This document shows, one piece after another, positions 35,090 to 44,961 of a stretch of DNA of 64,000 bases. Source of the stretch: an uncultured delta proteobacterium (GTDB lineage: Bacteria > Desulfobacterota > Binatia > UBA9968); assembly GCA_963737905.1 (NCBI GenBank), contig CAVTUQ010000005.1, positions 64,001 to 128,000 on the forward strand. The letters run 5' to 3'. A program made the position numbers and the translations under genes. The notes under the pieces were generated by a model. That model was not told the DNA's origin. It did no database searches and saw only the letters and a program-made list of their open reading frames with translations. Position 1 is the first letter of the stretch. The number at the start of each line of letters is the position of its first letter.

Positions 35090-35983
35090 CTATTTGAAAA
35101 GCCCAATGGCCGGCAGGGTTGCAAAGACGAAATTGTCCAGCTCGAGGTCCGTCACATAGAGTGAGTAATGAATACCGCTTTGATGGCAGAAGCTGCGAAT
35201 TTGTGAATTGTGCTGGGACAACTTAGCTTGGTAGTCTTGCCGCGCGCCGGCGTCCCACTGGAATCCAATTTCTGCGTTGGTTTCACTGTCAACGACCCTC
35301 AGACTGCCATCAGAGAACGGGGGGTCGACTTCCTGGCGGGTCAATACTTGAATAACCGCGATATCGAGATTGAAGGCGCGCAATAGATTCAGTCCTTGTT
35401 GATAGGAGACTGCGGGCATCAAGAAGTCGGAAATCAGGATTGCCTTTCCCGGCCGGCGCAGTCTTCTTAAGTGCTCTGCCAGTGCCGGGGCCAGCTCCAA
35501 AGGCCCCTCCGGGGTCGATGAGGTGATGAATTGGATGCAATCGGTGATGCGGCGCCGCCCGCGAAAAAAGGGCGAGGCAGCATGGGTGAAAGAGTCGCCG
35601 AGCAGATGCAGTTTGACGTGATCGTGATTGGCCAGGACGACGTAGGAAAGGGCTGCCGCGATGTGGCTCGCCGGCAGAAATTTTTGCTTGGGCGATGGAA
35701 AGGCCATCGATGCGCTGGCATCGACGAAGATGTAGGCAAAGAGATCGACCTCTTCGCGAAATAGTTTTATGTAGAGCCGGTCGCTACGAGCATAGATACC
35801 CCAATCCAGATAGCGAAGATCATCCCCCGGAGCGTATCTGCGATAATCGGCGAACTCTAGACTGGTGCCCCGTTTGGGCGAGGAGTAGTTGCCCGTGTGG
35901 CTGCCCAGGAATTCCTTTCTCGTACGTAACCTGAGAGTTTCCAATTGGCTGAGAAATTGGGGCGTAAATGGCTCAGGCAGCAT
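35090..35983 (-). CDS. DUF58 family protein (usually MoxR-associated)
   Basis: EFADYRRYAPGDDLRYLDW, DASASM, ISDF. Confidence 0.93.
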   Translation of the reverse strand: MLPEPFTPQFLSQLETLRLRTRKEFLGSHTGNYSSPKRGTSLEFADYRRYAPGDDLRYLDWGIYARSDRLYIKLFREEVDLFAYIFVDASASMAFPSPKQKFLPASHIAAALSYVVLANHDHVKLHLLGDSFTHAASPFFRGRRRITDCIQFITSSTPEGPLELAPALAEHLRRLRRPGKAILISDFLMPAVSYQQGLNLLRAFNLDIAVIQVLTRQEVDPPFSDGSLRVVDSETNAEIGFQWDAGARQDYQAKLSQHNSQIRSFCHQSGIHYSLYVTDLELDNFVFATLPAIGLFK

Positions 35984-35996
35984 TTAAACGTTGGGG

Positions 35997-36692
35997 TCAA
36001 AGACCGACATAAGCAATCGGGTCGTCGAGCCCGACCTCCTTGAAACCTTTCAAACGGAGTTGGCAACTGTCGCACAGCCCACAAGCGCGTCCGTCGGGTG
36101 CAGGATCATAGCAACTCCAGGTGAGACCATAGTCTAGGCCAAGTTCGATGCCTTTTCTAATGATCTGTGCCTTGTTCATTGCAATCAAGGGCACATGAAT
36201 CTTGATCCGGCTCTTGCCTTCGACCCCTGCCTTGGTGGCCAGGTTGGCCATCGCCTCGAATGCGCGAATGTATTCCTCTCGGCAGTCCGGATAACCGCTG
36301 TAATCGAGCTGGTTGGCGCCGAAGAAAATATCTCCGGCCTCAATGCGCTCCGCTAGAGCCAGGGCAAAAGCGAGGAAAATCGTATTCCGCGCCGGAACAT
36401 AGGTAACGGGGATATCGCCGGCCATTTCTTTTGTGCTTCGCCCCTTGGGCACGTCTATTTGGTCGGTAAGCGCGGAGCCGCCGATGGAGCGAAGATCGAA
36501 ATCGGTCACCCGGTGGGTTTTCGTTTGTAAAAATGCCGCCACCTTCTTGGCGGCATCGATTTCCCGCTGATGGCGCTGCCCATAACGAAAACTCAGCGCG
36601 TGAAGCTGGAAGCCCTGCTGTTTGGCTATCGCGGCGGCGGTGGCGGAGTCGAGCCCGCCGCTCAAGAGAATAACCGCGTCTGTCCCTATCAT
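35997..36692 (-). CDS. queC: 7-cyano-7-deazaguanine synthase
   Basis: [40 protein letters not shown]; start at ATG 36692. Confidence 0.97.
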   Translation of the reverse strand: MIGTDAVILLSGGLDSATAAAIAKQQGFQLHALSFRYGQRHQREIDAAKKVAAFLQTKTHRVTDFDLRSIGGSALTDQIDVPKGRSTKEMAGDIPVTYVPARNTIFLAFALALAERIEAGDIFFGANQLDYSGYPDCREEYIRAFEAMANLATKAGVEGKSRIKIHVPLIAMNKAQIIRKGIELGLDYGLTWSCYDPAPDGRACGLCDSCQLRLKGFKEVGLDDPIAYVGL

Positions 36693-37165
36693 TTTTGCGG
36701 CGAGGTGATTTTTGTCCCTTCCACCGGGTAGTGTTTTTGATACCAGCCGACAATGCCCTCGTCGAGGACTTTCATGTTGCGGTAACCCTTTTCGTAGAGA
36801 ATGCCATAGGCCAAACTGGCCAGGTGATGGGGACAAGCTCAATACAAGATGACTAATCGATCCTTGGGAATGCTTTGCACATAAGCATTGAACTCCGTGA
36901 GGGGCGCAGATATCGCGCCCAAAATGTGCACCTCACGGTACTCTTCGTCAGTGCGCACGTCGATGATCAGCGGCTTTTTTCCCGATTGGATATCTTTCGT
37001 GAGCTCATCCACAGAAATTAGTACAACGTTTGCCGGGGGTGATTGCTGGGCGAATTGGGGATATTTCGATGGATCGGCTTCGGCCGGCTGGCATCCGAAA
37101 AGAACACCCGCCAAAACTCCGACAATGAAGAAAGAGCTTGCTCGTGGACCAGGAAGGAGCTTCAT
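36689..37165 (-). CDS. rhodanese-domain lipoprotein, probable selenoprotein (UGA at 36839-36841 read as Sec), 158 aa
   Basis: Lipobox LFGC, IIDVR, HILGA, then [48 protein letters not shown], which completes the rhodanese fold. Final TGA overlaps the queC ATG. Confidence 0.85.
36804..36830 (-). promoter_or_regulatory. putative bacterial SECIS hairpin
   Basis: CCAU-caccu-GGCCA-GUU-UGGCC-u-AUGG begins 8 nt after the UGA; apical-loop G is the 23rd base after the UGA. Confidence 0.6.
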
Positions 37166-38040
37166 GGTTTGCCTCCATCGTTTTTGTAGTTGCTATACTG
37201 CGCCAGGGCATCCAAGCTCTGGGTGCCCATGTATCGCTGGCCGTTGATTACCCAGGTGGGATAATTTTTTATCCCTGCATCGTCGCAGACCGCAGTTTGT
37301 CGAGATCCCGCGCCCGCTGAGCTACACTCGATATATGGAAGGCGGCGCTCGGAACTGCCGAAAAGCTCCTTTTGCTCGGCACAGTGCGGGCACCAGGATG
37401 CGCCGTAAAATTTAGCGTCGGTTTGCGCGAGATGTTCGGCCAAGCCGCGGATCCAGGGATCCTCGGGACCAGGGGCTTTACCCAGATAGCCGGCATAGTG
37501 GAGATGCAACGCGACCACTAGGACGAGAGCTGTCCCAACCGACTTGCCGAGCCAGGGGCCCCAAGAAAAGTGAGGTAAATTGGCGGGCTTTTGAAGAAGC
37601 AAGGTGACGAAAATTACTGTCATCAACCCCAAAGAAGTCAGGCAGTAGGGGCAGGCGGCCTGCAGCACGAAAAAGGAGATCCCGGTCAGGTATAAACTGT
37701 AGAGGAGTCCAATGACGGTGACGAACCAAGCGAACTTCCACTGGCTGTCGGCATACTTGTTCCAGGCGATGGCGGCCAGCAAAGCGTACGTTAGAAAGCC
37801 CCAGAACGACGTCGGCATGCCAAGTAAGGTCGACCAGCGGCTATTCAAAACAACATCACAGGCGCTACCCACCGTACAGCCGGCCACCAGCTTTCCTTGC
37901 CATGCGTTGAAAGTGAGATAGGCAGTCAACCCCATGCCGATGAGAGCGAGAATGAAGAGCGGCCAGTTCGGGCCCTCGCGCAATAAGCCCTGTTTATTTC
38001 CTCTCACGTCGGTTTTCTTATGCTTGGCTGACTTGGCCAT
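37162..38040 (-). CDS. VKOR (DsbB analogue) fused to a thioredoxin-like domain
   Basis: C-x6-CDVV..SRWS, CPYC; C-terminal FYGASWCPHC and YPTW. Confidence 0.93.
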   Translation of the reverse strand: MAKSAKHKKTDVRGNKQGLLREGPNWPLFILALIGMGLTAYLTFNAWQGKLVAGCTVGSACDVVLNSRWSTLLGMPTSFWGFLTYALLAAIAWNKYADSQWKFAWFVTVIGLLYSLYLTGISFFVLQAACPYCLTSLGLMTVIFVTLLLQKPANLPHFSWGPWLGKSVGTALVLVVALHLHYAGYLGKAPGPEDPWIRGLAEHLAQTDAKFYGASWCPHCAEQKELFGSSERRLPYIECSSAGAGSRQTAVCDDAGIKNYPTWVINGQRYMGTQSLDALAQYSNYKNDGGKP

Positions 38041-38053
38041 GGGAACGCTCCTA

Positions 38054-38701
38054 TTATCCTTTAACCAAAGTTGCGACGTCTTTTTTTAGTCGCTCTAATG
38101 CCTGCGGGTCTCGACTATCGTAATAGCCCCGAATCTCGGCTTGCTTGTCGATCAATACGAACCTTGGGCTGTGCATGATAATGCTTTCCGAGCTGCCCGC
38201 GTTGGCGACCGGAACCGCACTCAACTTGAATCCTTCTTGCACGAGCCGGGTGATGTCCTCTTTATCGCCGGTGAGAAAGAGCCAGCGGATTGAATCAGCC
38301 TTATAGCGATCCGCGTAGCGGGAGAGTACCTCAGTTGTATCCTTTTCGGGATCCACGGAGAAGGAAACCAGTTTCAATCCCGCTTTGTCTTTCCATTGCT
38401 CCTGAAGCTGCGCCATTTCTGCGGTTTGCATTGGGCAGGTATCGGTGCAAGTCGTGTAAATAAAGTCGGCGATCCAAATCGACCCCCGGAGGTCGGCCAG
38501 AGTGGTCGCCTTGCCGCTTCGCTCCACGAGAGAAAATTTAGGCACAGTTCCATAGCGGCTCATGCCTTCGAGGGGATTGGCATTCCACCCCGTCAATCCC
38601 GGTCTGGGTGCGAGCTTCAGCCAAAAAAAGGTACCGACGATAATTCCCAAACCGAGCACGGAGACGCCCAGCAGAAGAAAGCGCGCTTTTGAGAAGTTCA
38701 T
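38054..38701 (-). CDS. SCO1/SenC family copper chaperone
   Basis: TM anchor, FIYTTCTDTCP (CxxxC), SVDPEKD, W.FLTG, conserved His in HSPRF. Confidence 0.95.
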   Translation of the reverse strand: MNFSKARFLLLGVSVLGLGIIVGTFFWLKLAPRPGLTGWNANPLEGMSRYGTVPKFSLVERSGKATTLADLRGSIWIADFIYTTCTDTCPMQTAEMAQLQEQWKDKAGLKLVSFSVDPEKDTTEVLSRYADRYKADSIRWLFLTGDKEDITRLVQEGFKLSAVPVANAGSSESIIMHSPRFVLIDKQAEIRGYYDSRDPQALERLKKDVATLVKG

Positions 38702-38905
38702 AAAGGCGAACCAGGGATCGAATGGAATTCTACCGAGTAATTTAGCGTTTGTGTAGAGGCGCTAGGCTCTTTTGCGGTCTTCGGCAAGGATCATGTTCCA
38801 CGTTCATGGGCGGCTCTTTTTTCGCCCGCGACCAGGATCACAGCATTTGGCACAAAACCTTCAACTCCTGTAGGATTCAGAAAAGCTGTCCGGCACGGAG
38901 GTATT

Positions 38906-39319
38906 ATGGAAATTTCTGAGGCGCGGGAGTTTTTGAAGCATAACCATCGTGGCTGTCTGGTAGCCCGCAAGAAAGACGGGTCATTGCAAATGACGCTTGT
39001 GTCGCCGGTGCTCGGCGCCGACGGCAACATAGTGATCACCGCGCGAGACACCACTTTCAAGGTGAAGAATATCCAACGCATTCCGCAAATTTCCCTGTTG
39101 GTATACGGCGAGAAGTTCAACGGCTCCAATTACATCCAGATCGACGGCCGGGCCGAAGTGATCCGACATCCTCAAGCCATGGATATCGTTTTGGACTGGC
39201 ACCGCCAGATTCGTGGCGAACCCGAGAGCTGGCAAGAGATTCGAGAAAAAACGCTTGCCGAAGGCCGCATCGCCATCCGTGTCACGATAGAAAAAGTCGG
39301 CCCGCAGAACAGGAGATGA
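38906..39319 (+). CDS. PPOX-class flavin/F420-binding split-barrel protein
   Basis: KDGSLQ.T.V, KVKNIQR.PQISL, YIQIDGRAE. Confidence 0.85.
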   Translation: MEISEAREFLKHNHRGCLVARKKDGSLQMTLVSPVLGADGNIVITARDTTFKVKNIQRIPQISLLVYGEKFNGSNYIQIDGRAEVIRHPQAMDIVLDWHRQIRGEPESWQEIREKTLAEGRIAIRVTIEKVGPQNRR

Positions 39320-40761
39320 TTGCCCCTATTCGGTTGCAAGATCAACCTCAAGCGAAGAGGATTCGCAGACTTACCCTCATCAATTCCATCATCGGGGTTT
39401 CCACAGCTGGAATTTCTACTCGGGTATTTATGATCTCAGTACCTACCCTCGCGACGGCTTTGGGAACGGACATTCTCGGGATTTCTTGGGCCCTAATTGT
39501 TTATCAGGTAGCTGCGATAGGGTTAGGCGTAGTTTGTGGTCGCCTGGGCGACGTATACAGCCATCACAAGATGTACGGCATTGGCATGGCTTTGATGGCG
39601 GTCGGCTCGCTCCTTTGCGGGCTTTCACAAGATGTTTCCCAATTGATTCTGTTTCGATTTGTGCAAGGAGTTGGCGCTGCCATGATTCAGTCTTCTGGCC
39701 GAACCCTGGCTTACAAATCCATGCCAGAGGGATCTGAGGGAAAGGCGCAGGGACTCATGGCGATGTCACACCAGTTTGGTTTCTTTGTTGGCCCGCCCAT
39801 CGGCGGTCTCATCATTGATCTGGTTAACTGGCGCGGGATCTTTTTCTTATTGTTGCTGCCAAGCCTGATTGGCCTGGTGCTCTCCTTGATGACTGGACGC
39901 TCCGTTGCGGAACCTGCTGCGCGATCCCGGTCGGTGGATTACCTGGGAGCGTTGCTCTTGCTTGGATTAACCATTCTCGTCACTATGCTCCTGGATCAAA
40001 AAATCACTGCGGTCATCGGCCGAGGCAACCAAGCGCTGCTCATTTTGACTTTTGCGGGGACGCTTTGGGGATTTCTTTCTCACGAGAAGAAGACCCCGAG
40101 CCCGATGATAGACCTCTCTTTTTTCTCGATCCCTGCTTTTGGCTACGGCTCCCTTGGCCTTTTCATGGCCTGCATCACGCAAGGGCTCACTATGTTTGTC
40201 ACGCCTTTCTACCTTCAGGACGTGCTAAATCTCTCACCGACGTTCATGGGAATTATCTTTCTTGTTCCGTCGCTACTCAGCATGGTGCTAGCGCCTGTGA
40301 GCGGCGCCATGACCGATCGTATCGGTGCCCGCTTTCTCTTGATCACGGGCGTGCTCATCTTGATGGTTGCTTTTCTAATTGGGGCCAATCTTCGGACCGA
40401 TTCCCATTGGATCTTGCCTACCAGCTTGCTCGCACTTACGGGTATCGGTTCGACCGTTTTCAATACGCCATCGCAGGCGGTGATGGTGAGCTCACTCCCT
40501 AAAGAACATTGGGGCATAGCCATAGGAATTATCAATGGGATCTTTGGCCTGGGACAGATGCTCGGCATTTCGCTGAGCGGGATTTTTTTGACGTTGGCCT
40601 TCCGATTCTATTCTGGGGATCCGGGGACAATCCCCAACCCCGGGGACACTCATGTTTTTGTCGCTTCGATGAACGTGACCTATCTGTTTGCCCTTGGAAT
40701 CAGTTTTGTCCCGTTGCTGACCTCAATAAAGGTCAAGAAGATCACTTTCACAGGGGCTTAA
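39316..40761 (+). CDS. MFS transporter, 14-TM DHA2/EmrB-like
   Basis: GRLGDVY, FRFVQGVG, GPPIGG, WRGIF; ATGA overlap with the upstream gene. Confidence 0.9.
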   Translation: MIAPIRLQDQPQAKRIRRLTLINSIIGVSTAGISTRVFMISVPTLATALGTDILGISWALIVYQVAAIGLGVVCGRLGDVYSHHKMYGIGMALMAVGSLLCGLSQDVSQLILFRFVQGVGAAMIQSSGRTLAYKSMPEGSEGKAQGLMAMSHQFGFFVGPPIGGLIIDLVNWRGIFFLLLLPSLIGLVLSLMTGRSVAEPAARSRSVDYLGALLLLGLTILVTMLLDQKITAVIGRGNQALLILTFAGTLWGFLSHEKKTPSPMIDLSFFSIPAFGYGSLGLFMACITQGLTMFVTPFYLQDVLNLSPTFMGIIFLVPSLLSMVLAPVSGAMTDRIGARFLLITGVLILMVAFLIGANLRTDSHWILPTSLLALTGIGSTVFNTPSQAVMVSSLPKEHWGIAIGIINGIFGLGQMLGISLSGIFLTLAFRFYSGDPGTIPNPGDTHVFVASMNVTYLFALGISFVPLLTSIKVKKITFTGA

Positions 40762-40942
40762 AGTGAGGGTTAAGTGTTCCGATTGTCTCGCCCGATTGCA
40801 GTCGAAGATCCAGCAGCCGCTATCGAACGATTGCGGGAGCGCCGTGGATTTCGACCGGGCCAAGTTGACATGACACGTTGTCCTCGGATACGTTCTGTCT
40901 CACGTTGAGTGCGACAGATAGCAACACGGGAGGAGGATCAAA

Positions 40943-41236
40943 ATGTTATCGCAGATTCGTATTTACACAATCAATAAGGGCGAGATGGACGCCTTCCTCA
41001 AGCATTTCAAAGAGGACGTCATGGCAGTGCACGAGCGGATCGGCGTGCCCATTGTCGGCACGTGGGTGAACCGCCCGCAGAACGAGTTCATCTGGGTCAG
41101 GACCTACAAAGACAAGGCGGACCTTGAAGCCAAGGGTAAGGCGTTTCAAGCGGAGGTTGCGAAGGCGGGGATTAAGCTGGGAGCGAACGTCGCCAAGATG
41201 GAAGTACGCGAAGTCGAGACCGCGTTCACCTCATGA
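40943..41236 (+). CDS. NIPSNAP family protein
   Basis: QIRIYTI..G.M..F, FIWVRTY; GGAGG RBS. Confidence 0.8.
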   Translation: MLSQIRIYTINKGEMDAFLKHFKEDVMAVHERIGVPIVGTWVNRPQNEFIWVRTYKDKADLEAKGKAFQAEVAKAGIKLGANVAKMEVREVETAFTS

Positions 41237-41278
41237 TTCCTTCGGGATTTGATTTAGTGTAGAAACTCTTGCCCGGGG

Positions 41279-41941
41279 CTAACTTGTTTTCTTTTTGGGG
41301 ATGGTTGATTTGGCCATGAGCCAGTCATCTATCATTTCTTGCTTAAAGCGCCATTGATTACCGACTTTGAAGGCGGGCATTTTCTTCTGAGTGACCAGAC
41401 GATAAAGAGTAAACTTGGTAACATTTAGGTAACGGGCGACTTGCTCCGGCGTTTGCAGATCCCCGGGCCCAGCATCCTGGTCGGTAACTGTCATTTTCTG
41501 CGGCGCCGAAAAGTTGGCTTCAATAAGAAGATCCCGCTCCCGCTGCACCGTAAAGAACTCACACGCTTGGTTAAGGATCGTCTCGAGCTGAGCAATATCC
41601 CAGGGCTTGGTCACGTATTTGAAAATGGCGGCCGAGTTAATCGCCTCGACAGCCACATCAAGGTCGGAATAAGCCGTCGTCAAAATAAAAACCGCCTTCG
41701 GGTGTAATCGGCGGGCGCGCTGGAGGAATTCGACTCCTTTTTCGCCGGGCATCCTTTGGTCCGTCATCAGAAGCCCAATCTCGTCTCGATGCTGTTCCAG
41801 CAGGCGATAACCCTCTGAGGCGTTGGCGGCGCTGAGAATCCTAAACCTGTCCCCGAAAGCTCGGGCAAAATATTTGAGCGATTTTTCCTCGTCATCTACA
41901 TAAAGGATACCGCAATTCTGATAATCCAGAGAATGTTCCAT
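41279..41941 (-). CDS. response regulator receiver fused to a C-terminal excisionase-type HTH (HTH_17)
   Basis: YVDDE, TDQRMP, TTAY, KPW; C-terminal TPEQVARYL..TLYRL..PAFKVGNQWRF. Confidence 0.88.
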   Translation of the reverse strand: MEHSLDYQNCGILYVDDEEKSLKYFARAFGDRFRILSAANASEGYRLLEQHRDEIGLLMTDQRMPGEKGVEFLQRARRLHPKAVFILTTAYSDLDVAVEAINSAAIFKYVTKPWDIAQLETILNQACEFFTVQRERDLLIEANFSAPQKMTVTDQDAGPGDLQTPEQVARYLNVTKFTLYRLVTQKKMPAFKVGNQWRFKQEMIDDWLMAKSTIPKKKTS

Positions 41942-42405
41942 AGTCTTTCCTAAGCAGCGTTGCAGGTTGTTGGTCTTTGTGAAATGGGCATGTTCAACAG
42001 TCTACGCCGCACTGGATCCGTTCCGACTCTAGGGTAGCAAATACCACACCTAAATCTATATTATCGCCGCGAGTACAATTTTCAACCCGGGGGGTCCGTG
42101 CACGTGCTGGAACTTCTTAGGCGTGCCTAGCGCCTCCCGTTGTAGAAAACCTTACTATCCTCTTCTGGCCTAGAAGTCAGTGCAACTCTACGCTCCTGTG
42201 TCTGCTTGCCCCGATGCTCACATCTCGGTATACAATGCATCGTGCATTTTCTTCGGTTCATGGATAGTCTGGACTAGGGGGAGCCCGGGCTTCGTTTTGG
42301 CTTGACCAGGATCACGACGGCCTTATACGCAAGCTGGCTCATTAATTTTCACCAGGAACAAATGATCTAAGAGCGAGTTTATTCTTAGTGCGGAAAGGAG
42401 GTCCT

Positions 42406-43428
42406 ATGTCTAGGGGTTATGTCGATGCTGATGGCCATGTGATGGAGGACGCGGAGGAAATACTTGAGTTCGTGCGGGCGCCGTTTAATAACCGGGGCAC
42501 GAGGAACTGGATACCGAGTTTGGATCATTTTCATACTCCGGCGGATGGAACCCCGCGCACTCCCGGAACATTCGATCCGAACACCGGCCCGGAACAATGG
42601 CTGGAGTTCCTTGGTAAGACGGGTACGGATTACACAGTGCTTTATCCAACCACGGGCTTGGCCTACGGCAATGTCGCCTATCCGCAGTGGGCGTTGGCTT
42701 ACGCTCAGGGCTACAACGATTATATTCACGACCGGTATTTAAAGCGGAGTCCTCGCTTCCAAGCCGTGGCGCTGATTCCCATGCAGACCGTCACCGACGC
42801 TGTTAGCGAGCTACGCCGCGCCGTCAAAGATCTTGGGTTTATCGGGGCGATGATTCCCTCGAATGGGCTCACCCGTCATGTCAGCCACGCCGAGTACTGG
42901 CCGATCTATGAGGAAGCCGAGAAACTCAACTGCATCATGGCGGTGCACGGCGGCAGCTACATCAATCTTGGATTCAACACCTACACCGTTTTTCCGGCGA
43001 CCCGCGCGCTCGGAATGCCGTTCCCGCTGGCGATTGCTTTGACCGGAATGATCGTCGACGGAGTGTTTGACCGGTTCCCGAAGCTAAGGGTTGGTTTCAT
43101 GGAGGGCGGCACGGCGTGGATTCCGCTGGTGCTCGATCGGCTCGAGCGCGAATTGGAGTATGGCGGACTCAAGCTCAAGCGGCATCCCGCCGATTATTTT
43201 TCGGACGACCGAATCTTCGTTGGCTGCGAGGGTAACGAGAAGGCGCTGGCTTACTCCATCGAGCGGGTGGGGTCCAAACCGTTCATGTTCGCGTCCGACT
43301 TCCCGCACGAGATCTCGATCAACAACTGTATGGAAGAGATCGACGAGGTCCTCGAGCGGGAGGATCTCAAGAAAGAGCACAAGGCCGCGATTCTCGGTGA
43401 GAACGCGCGACGATTCTACGGTCGCTAG
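42406..43428 (+). CDS. amidohydrolase-2 family protein (ACMSD/LigW-like)
   Basis: DADGH, VLYPT, AVHG, FASDFPH, GENARRFY; AGGAGG RBS. Confidence 0.92.
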   Translation: MSRGYVDADGHVMEDAEEILEFVRAPFNNRGTRNWIPSLDHFHTPADGTPRTPGTFDPNTGPEQWLEFLGKTGTDYTVLYPTTGLAYGNVAYPQWALAYAQGYNDYIHDRYLKRSPRFQAVALIPMQTVTDAVSELRRAVKDLGFIGAMIPSNGLTRHVSHAEYWPIYEEAEKLNCIMAVHGGSYINLGFNTYTVFPATRALGMPFPLAIALTGMIVDGVFDRFPKLRVGFMEGGTAWIPLVLDRLERELEYGGLKLKRHPADYFSDDRIFVGCEGNEKALAYSIERVGSKPFMFASDFPHEISINNCMEEIDEVLEREDLKKEHKAAILGENARRFYGR

Positions 43429-43451
43429 GCAACAAAAGAAGGAGACGTCTG

Positions 43452-43982
43452 ATGCTTGGACAAGGAAATGGAGGATGGCTGATCGTGGCTCTCTTTTCGC
43501 TTCTGATTGGCTGCTCGTCGGCGGCCCCGATTGCTTTTCAGAACAATTCCCACCGGCAGGTTTATAGTTTCAACGAAGAAGACCTGAAAAAGTTGCAATT
43601 CTATATCTCGAGGGACGTTGTCGCTCAATATCAGGATGCTACGGGAACGAAGTCCCTCCTGCTATCCAGATTGACTCCCGGAGTTGTGGCGGCCGCAGGC
43701 CCGGATTGGATTAAAGTGAGCTTTAGGGTGGAGGGTGTCGATGTCCCTTTTGTCACGGACCCGAAGCAATACGACGGCCGGTACTGGATTGCCACGGAGG
43801 TCAAGGGGAGCAAGGACTTCAAGAGGATCGCAGATCTTCCCGAGAAATTTTTTCTTTACAAGGGAATCCAGTACCAACTGGTTTCCGGAGCCGATGCCAT
43901 CCTGCTCTTCGATTGGGAAGGCTGGAAAAGACTCGTCGAGACACGCAAAACGACTGAGGGGCGACGTGTGGGGGACAAGTGA
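43452..43982 (+). CDS. hypothetical lipoprotein
   Basis: GGAG RBS; hydrophobic segment ending LIGC. Confidence 0.65.
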   Translation: MLGQGNGGWLIVALFSLLIGCSSAAPIAFQNNSHRQVYSFNEEDLKKLQFYISRDVVAQYQDATGTKSLLLSRLTPGVVAAAGPDWIKVSFRVEGVDVPFVTDPKQYDGRYWIATEVKGSKDFKRIADLPEKFFLYKGIQYQLVSGADAILLFDWEGWKRLVETRKTTEGRRVGDK

Positions 43983-44153
43983 CCTTGACGAAAATTTGGG
44001 GTATTCCAAGACGGTGCCGTAGAGAGAATGCTTTGTTTCCTTTTCCTGCGGGCTTAGCAAAACGAAAGCCTCAAGGAATCCGCCGGCCGATATTGCTCAA
44101 GAAATTATCGAAGCCTTCGAAGGCGTCTCGAATAGCGCTATGGAGAGTTAAGC

Positions 44154-44912
44154 GTGCAGCAAGAGAATAGCCAGAAAAAGTTGGCGGTGTTAATCGATGC
44201 AGACAATACGCAGCCGGCAATCATCGATGCATTACTAGCTGAGATTGCAAAGTACGGTATTGCGAGTGTCAGGCGCATCTACGGTGATTGGACCACTCCT
44301 AATTTGAGGGGATGGAAGGACGTTCTTTTAGAGCAAGCGATTCAGCCGATTCAACAATTCCGATATACAGTCGGAAAAAATGCGACTGACAGTGCTCTGA
44401 TTATTGACGCGATGGATCTGCTCTACACAGAGAAACTCGATGGCTTCTGCATCGTGTCGAGCGATAGTGACTTTACGCGCTTGGCATCCAGGATTCGAGA
44501 GGCGGGTCTTATTGTCTATGGCTTTGGTGAAAAAAAGACACCCAAAGCGTTTTTGGGTGCCTGCGACAAGTTCGTCTACACGGAAATACTACGCGAAGAT
44601 GAACCGAGCGGTCCGCGGGGCAGGAAAAACACTAGTGATCTGAACCAGGATACAACGCTGGTTAATCTATTGAGAAACGCAGTGGAGTATTCCGCGAGCG
44701 AAGACGGCTGGGCCTATTTGGGCCAAATGGGTCAGCACATTGCTAATCAAGCTCCTGAGTTTGATCCGCGCAACTATGGTTACAAAAAGCTCGGCGACCT
44801 GGTTAGAGCAACTCAGCTTTTTGATGTAGATGAACGACGTTCTGCCGATCAACCGGGAATATCGGTCTACGTGCGGGATAAACGAAAGAAACAACCAATG
44901 CCGACAGTTTAG
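44154..44912 (+). CDS. NYN domain plus OST-HTH/LOTUS protein
   Basis: VLIDADN, YGDW, GKNATD, SSDSDF; FDPRNYGYKKL. Confidence 0.93.
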   Translation: MQQENSQKKLAVLIDADNTQPAIIDALLAEIAKYGIASVRRIYGDWTTPNLRGWKDVLLEQAIQPIQQFRYTVGKNATDSALIIDAMDLLYTEKLDGFCIVSSDSDFTRLASRIREAGLIVYGFGEKKTPKAFLGACDKFVYTEILREDEPSGPRGRKNTSDLNQDTTLVNLLRNAVEYSASEDGWAYLGQMGQHIANQAPEFDPRNYGYKKLGDLVRATQLFDVDERRSADQPGISVYVRDKRKKQPMPTV

Positions 44913-44961
44913 CAGCGTAAGACAATATGTCATATTCGATATTCGAAAGGGAAGGCACAAC

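Noticed and set aside
36693-36842. 50-aa N-terminal extension of QueC in the ORF track
   Set aside because: No QueC similarity; this DNA encodes the rhodanese C-terminus in another frame.
41279-41460. Prophage or ICE inferred from the excisionase-like HTH
   Set aside because: No integrase, att site, tRNA or phage genes nearby; the HTH is fused to a receiver domain.
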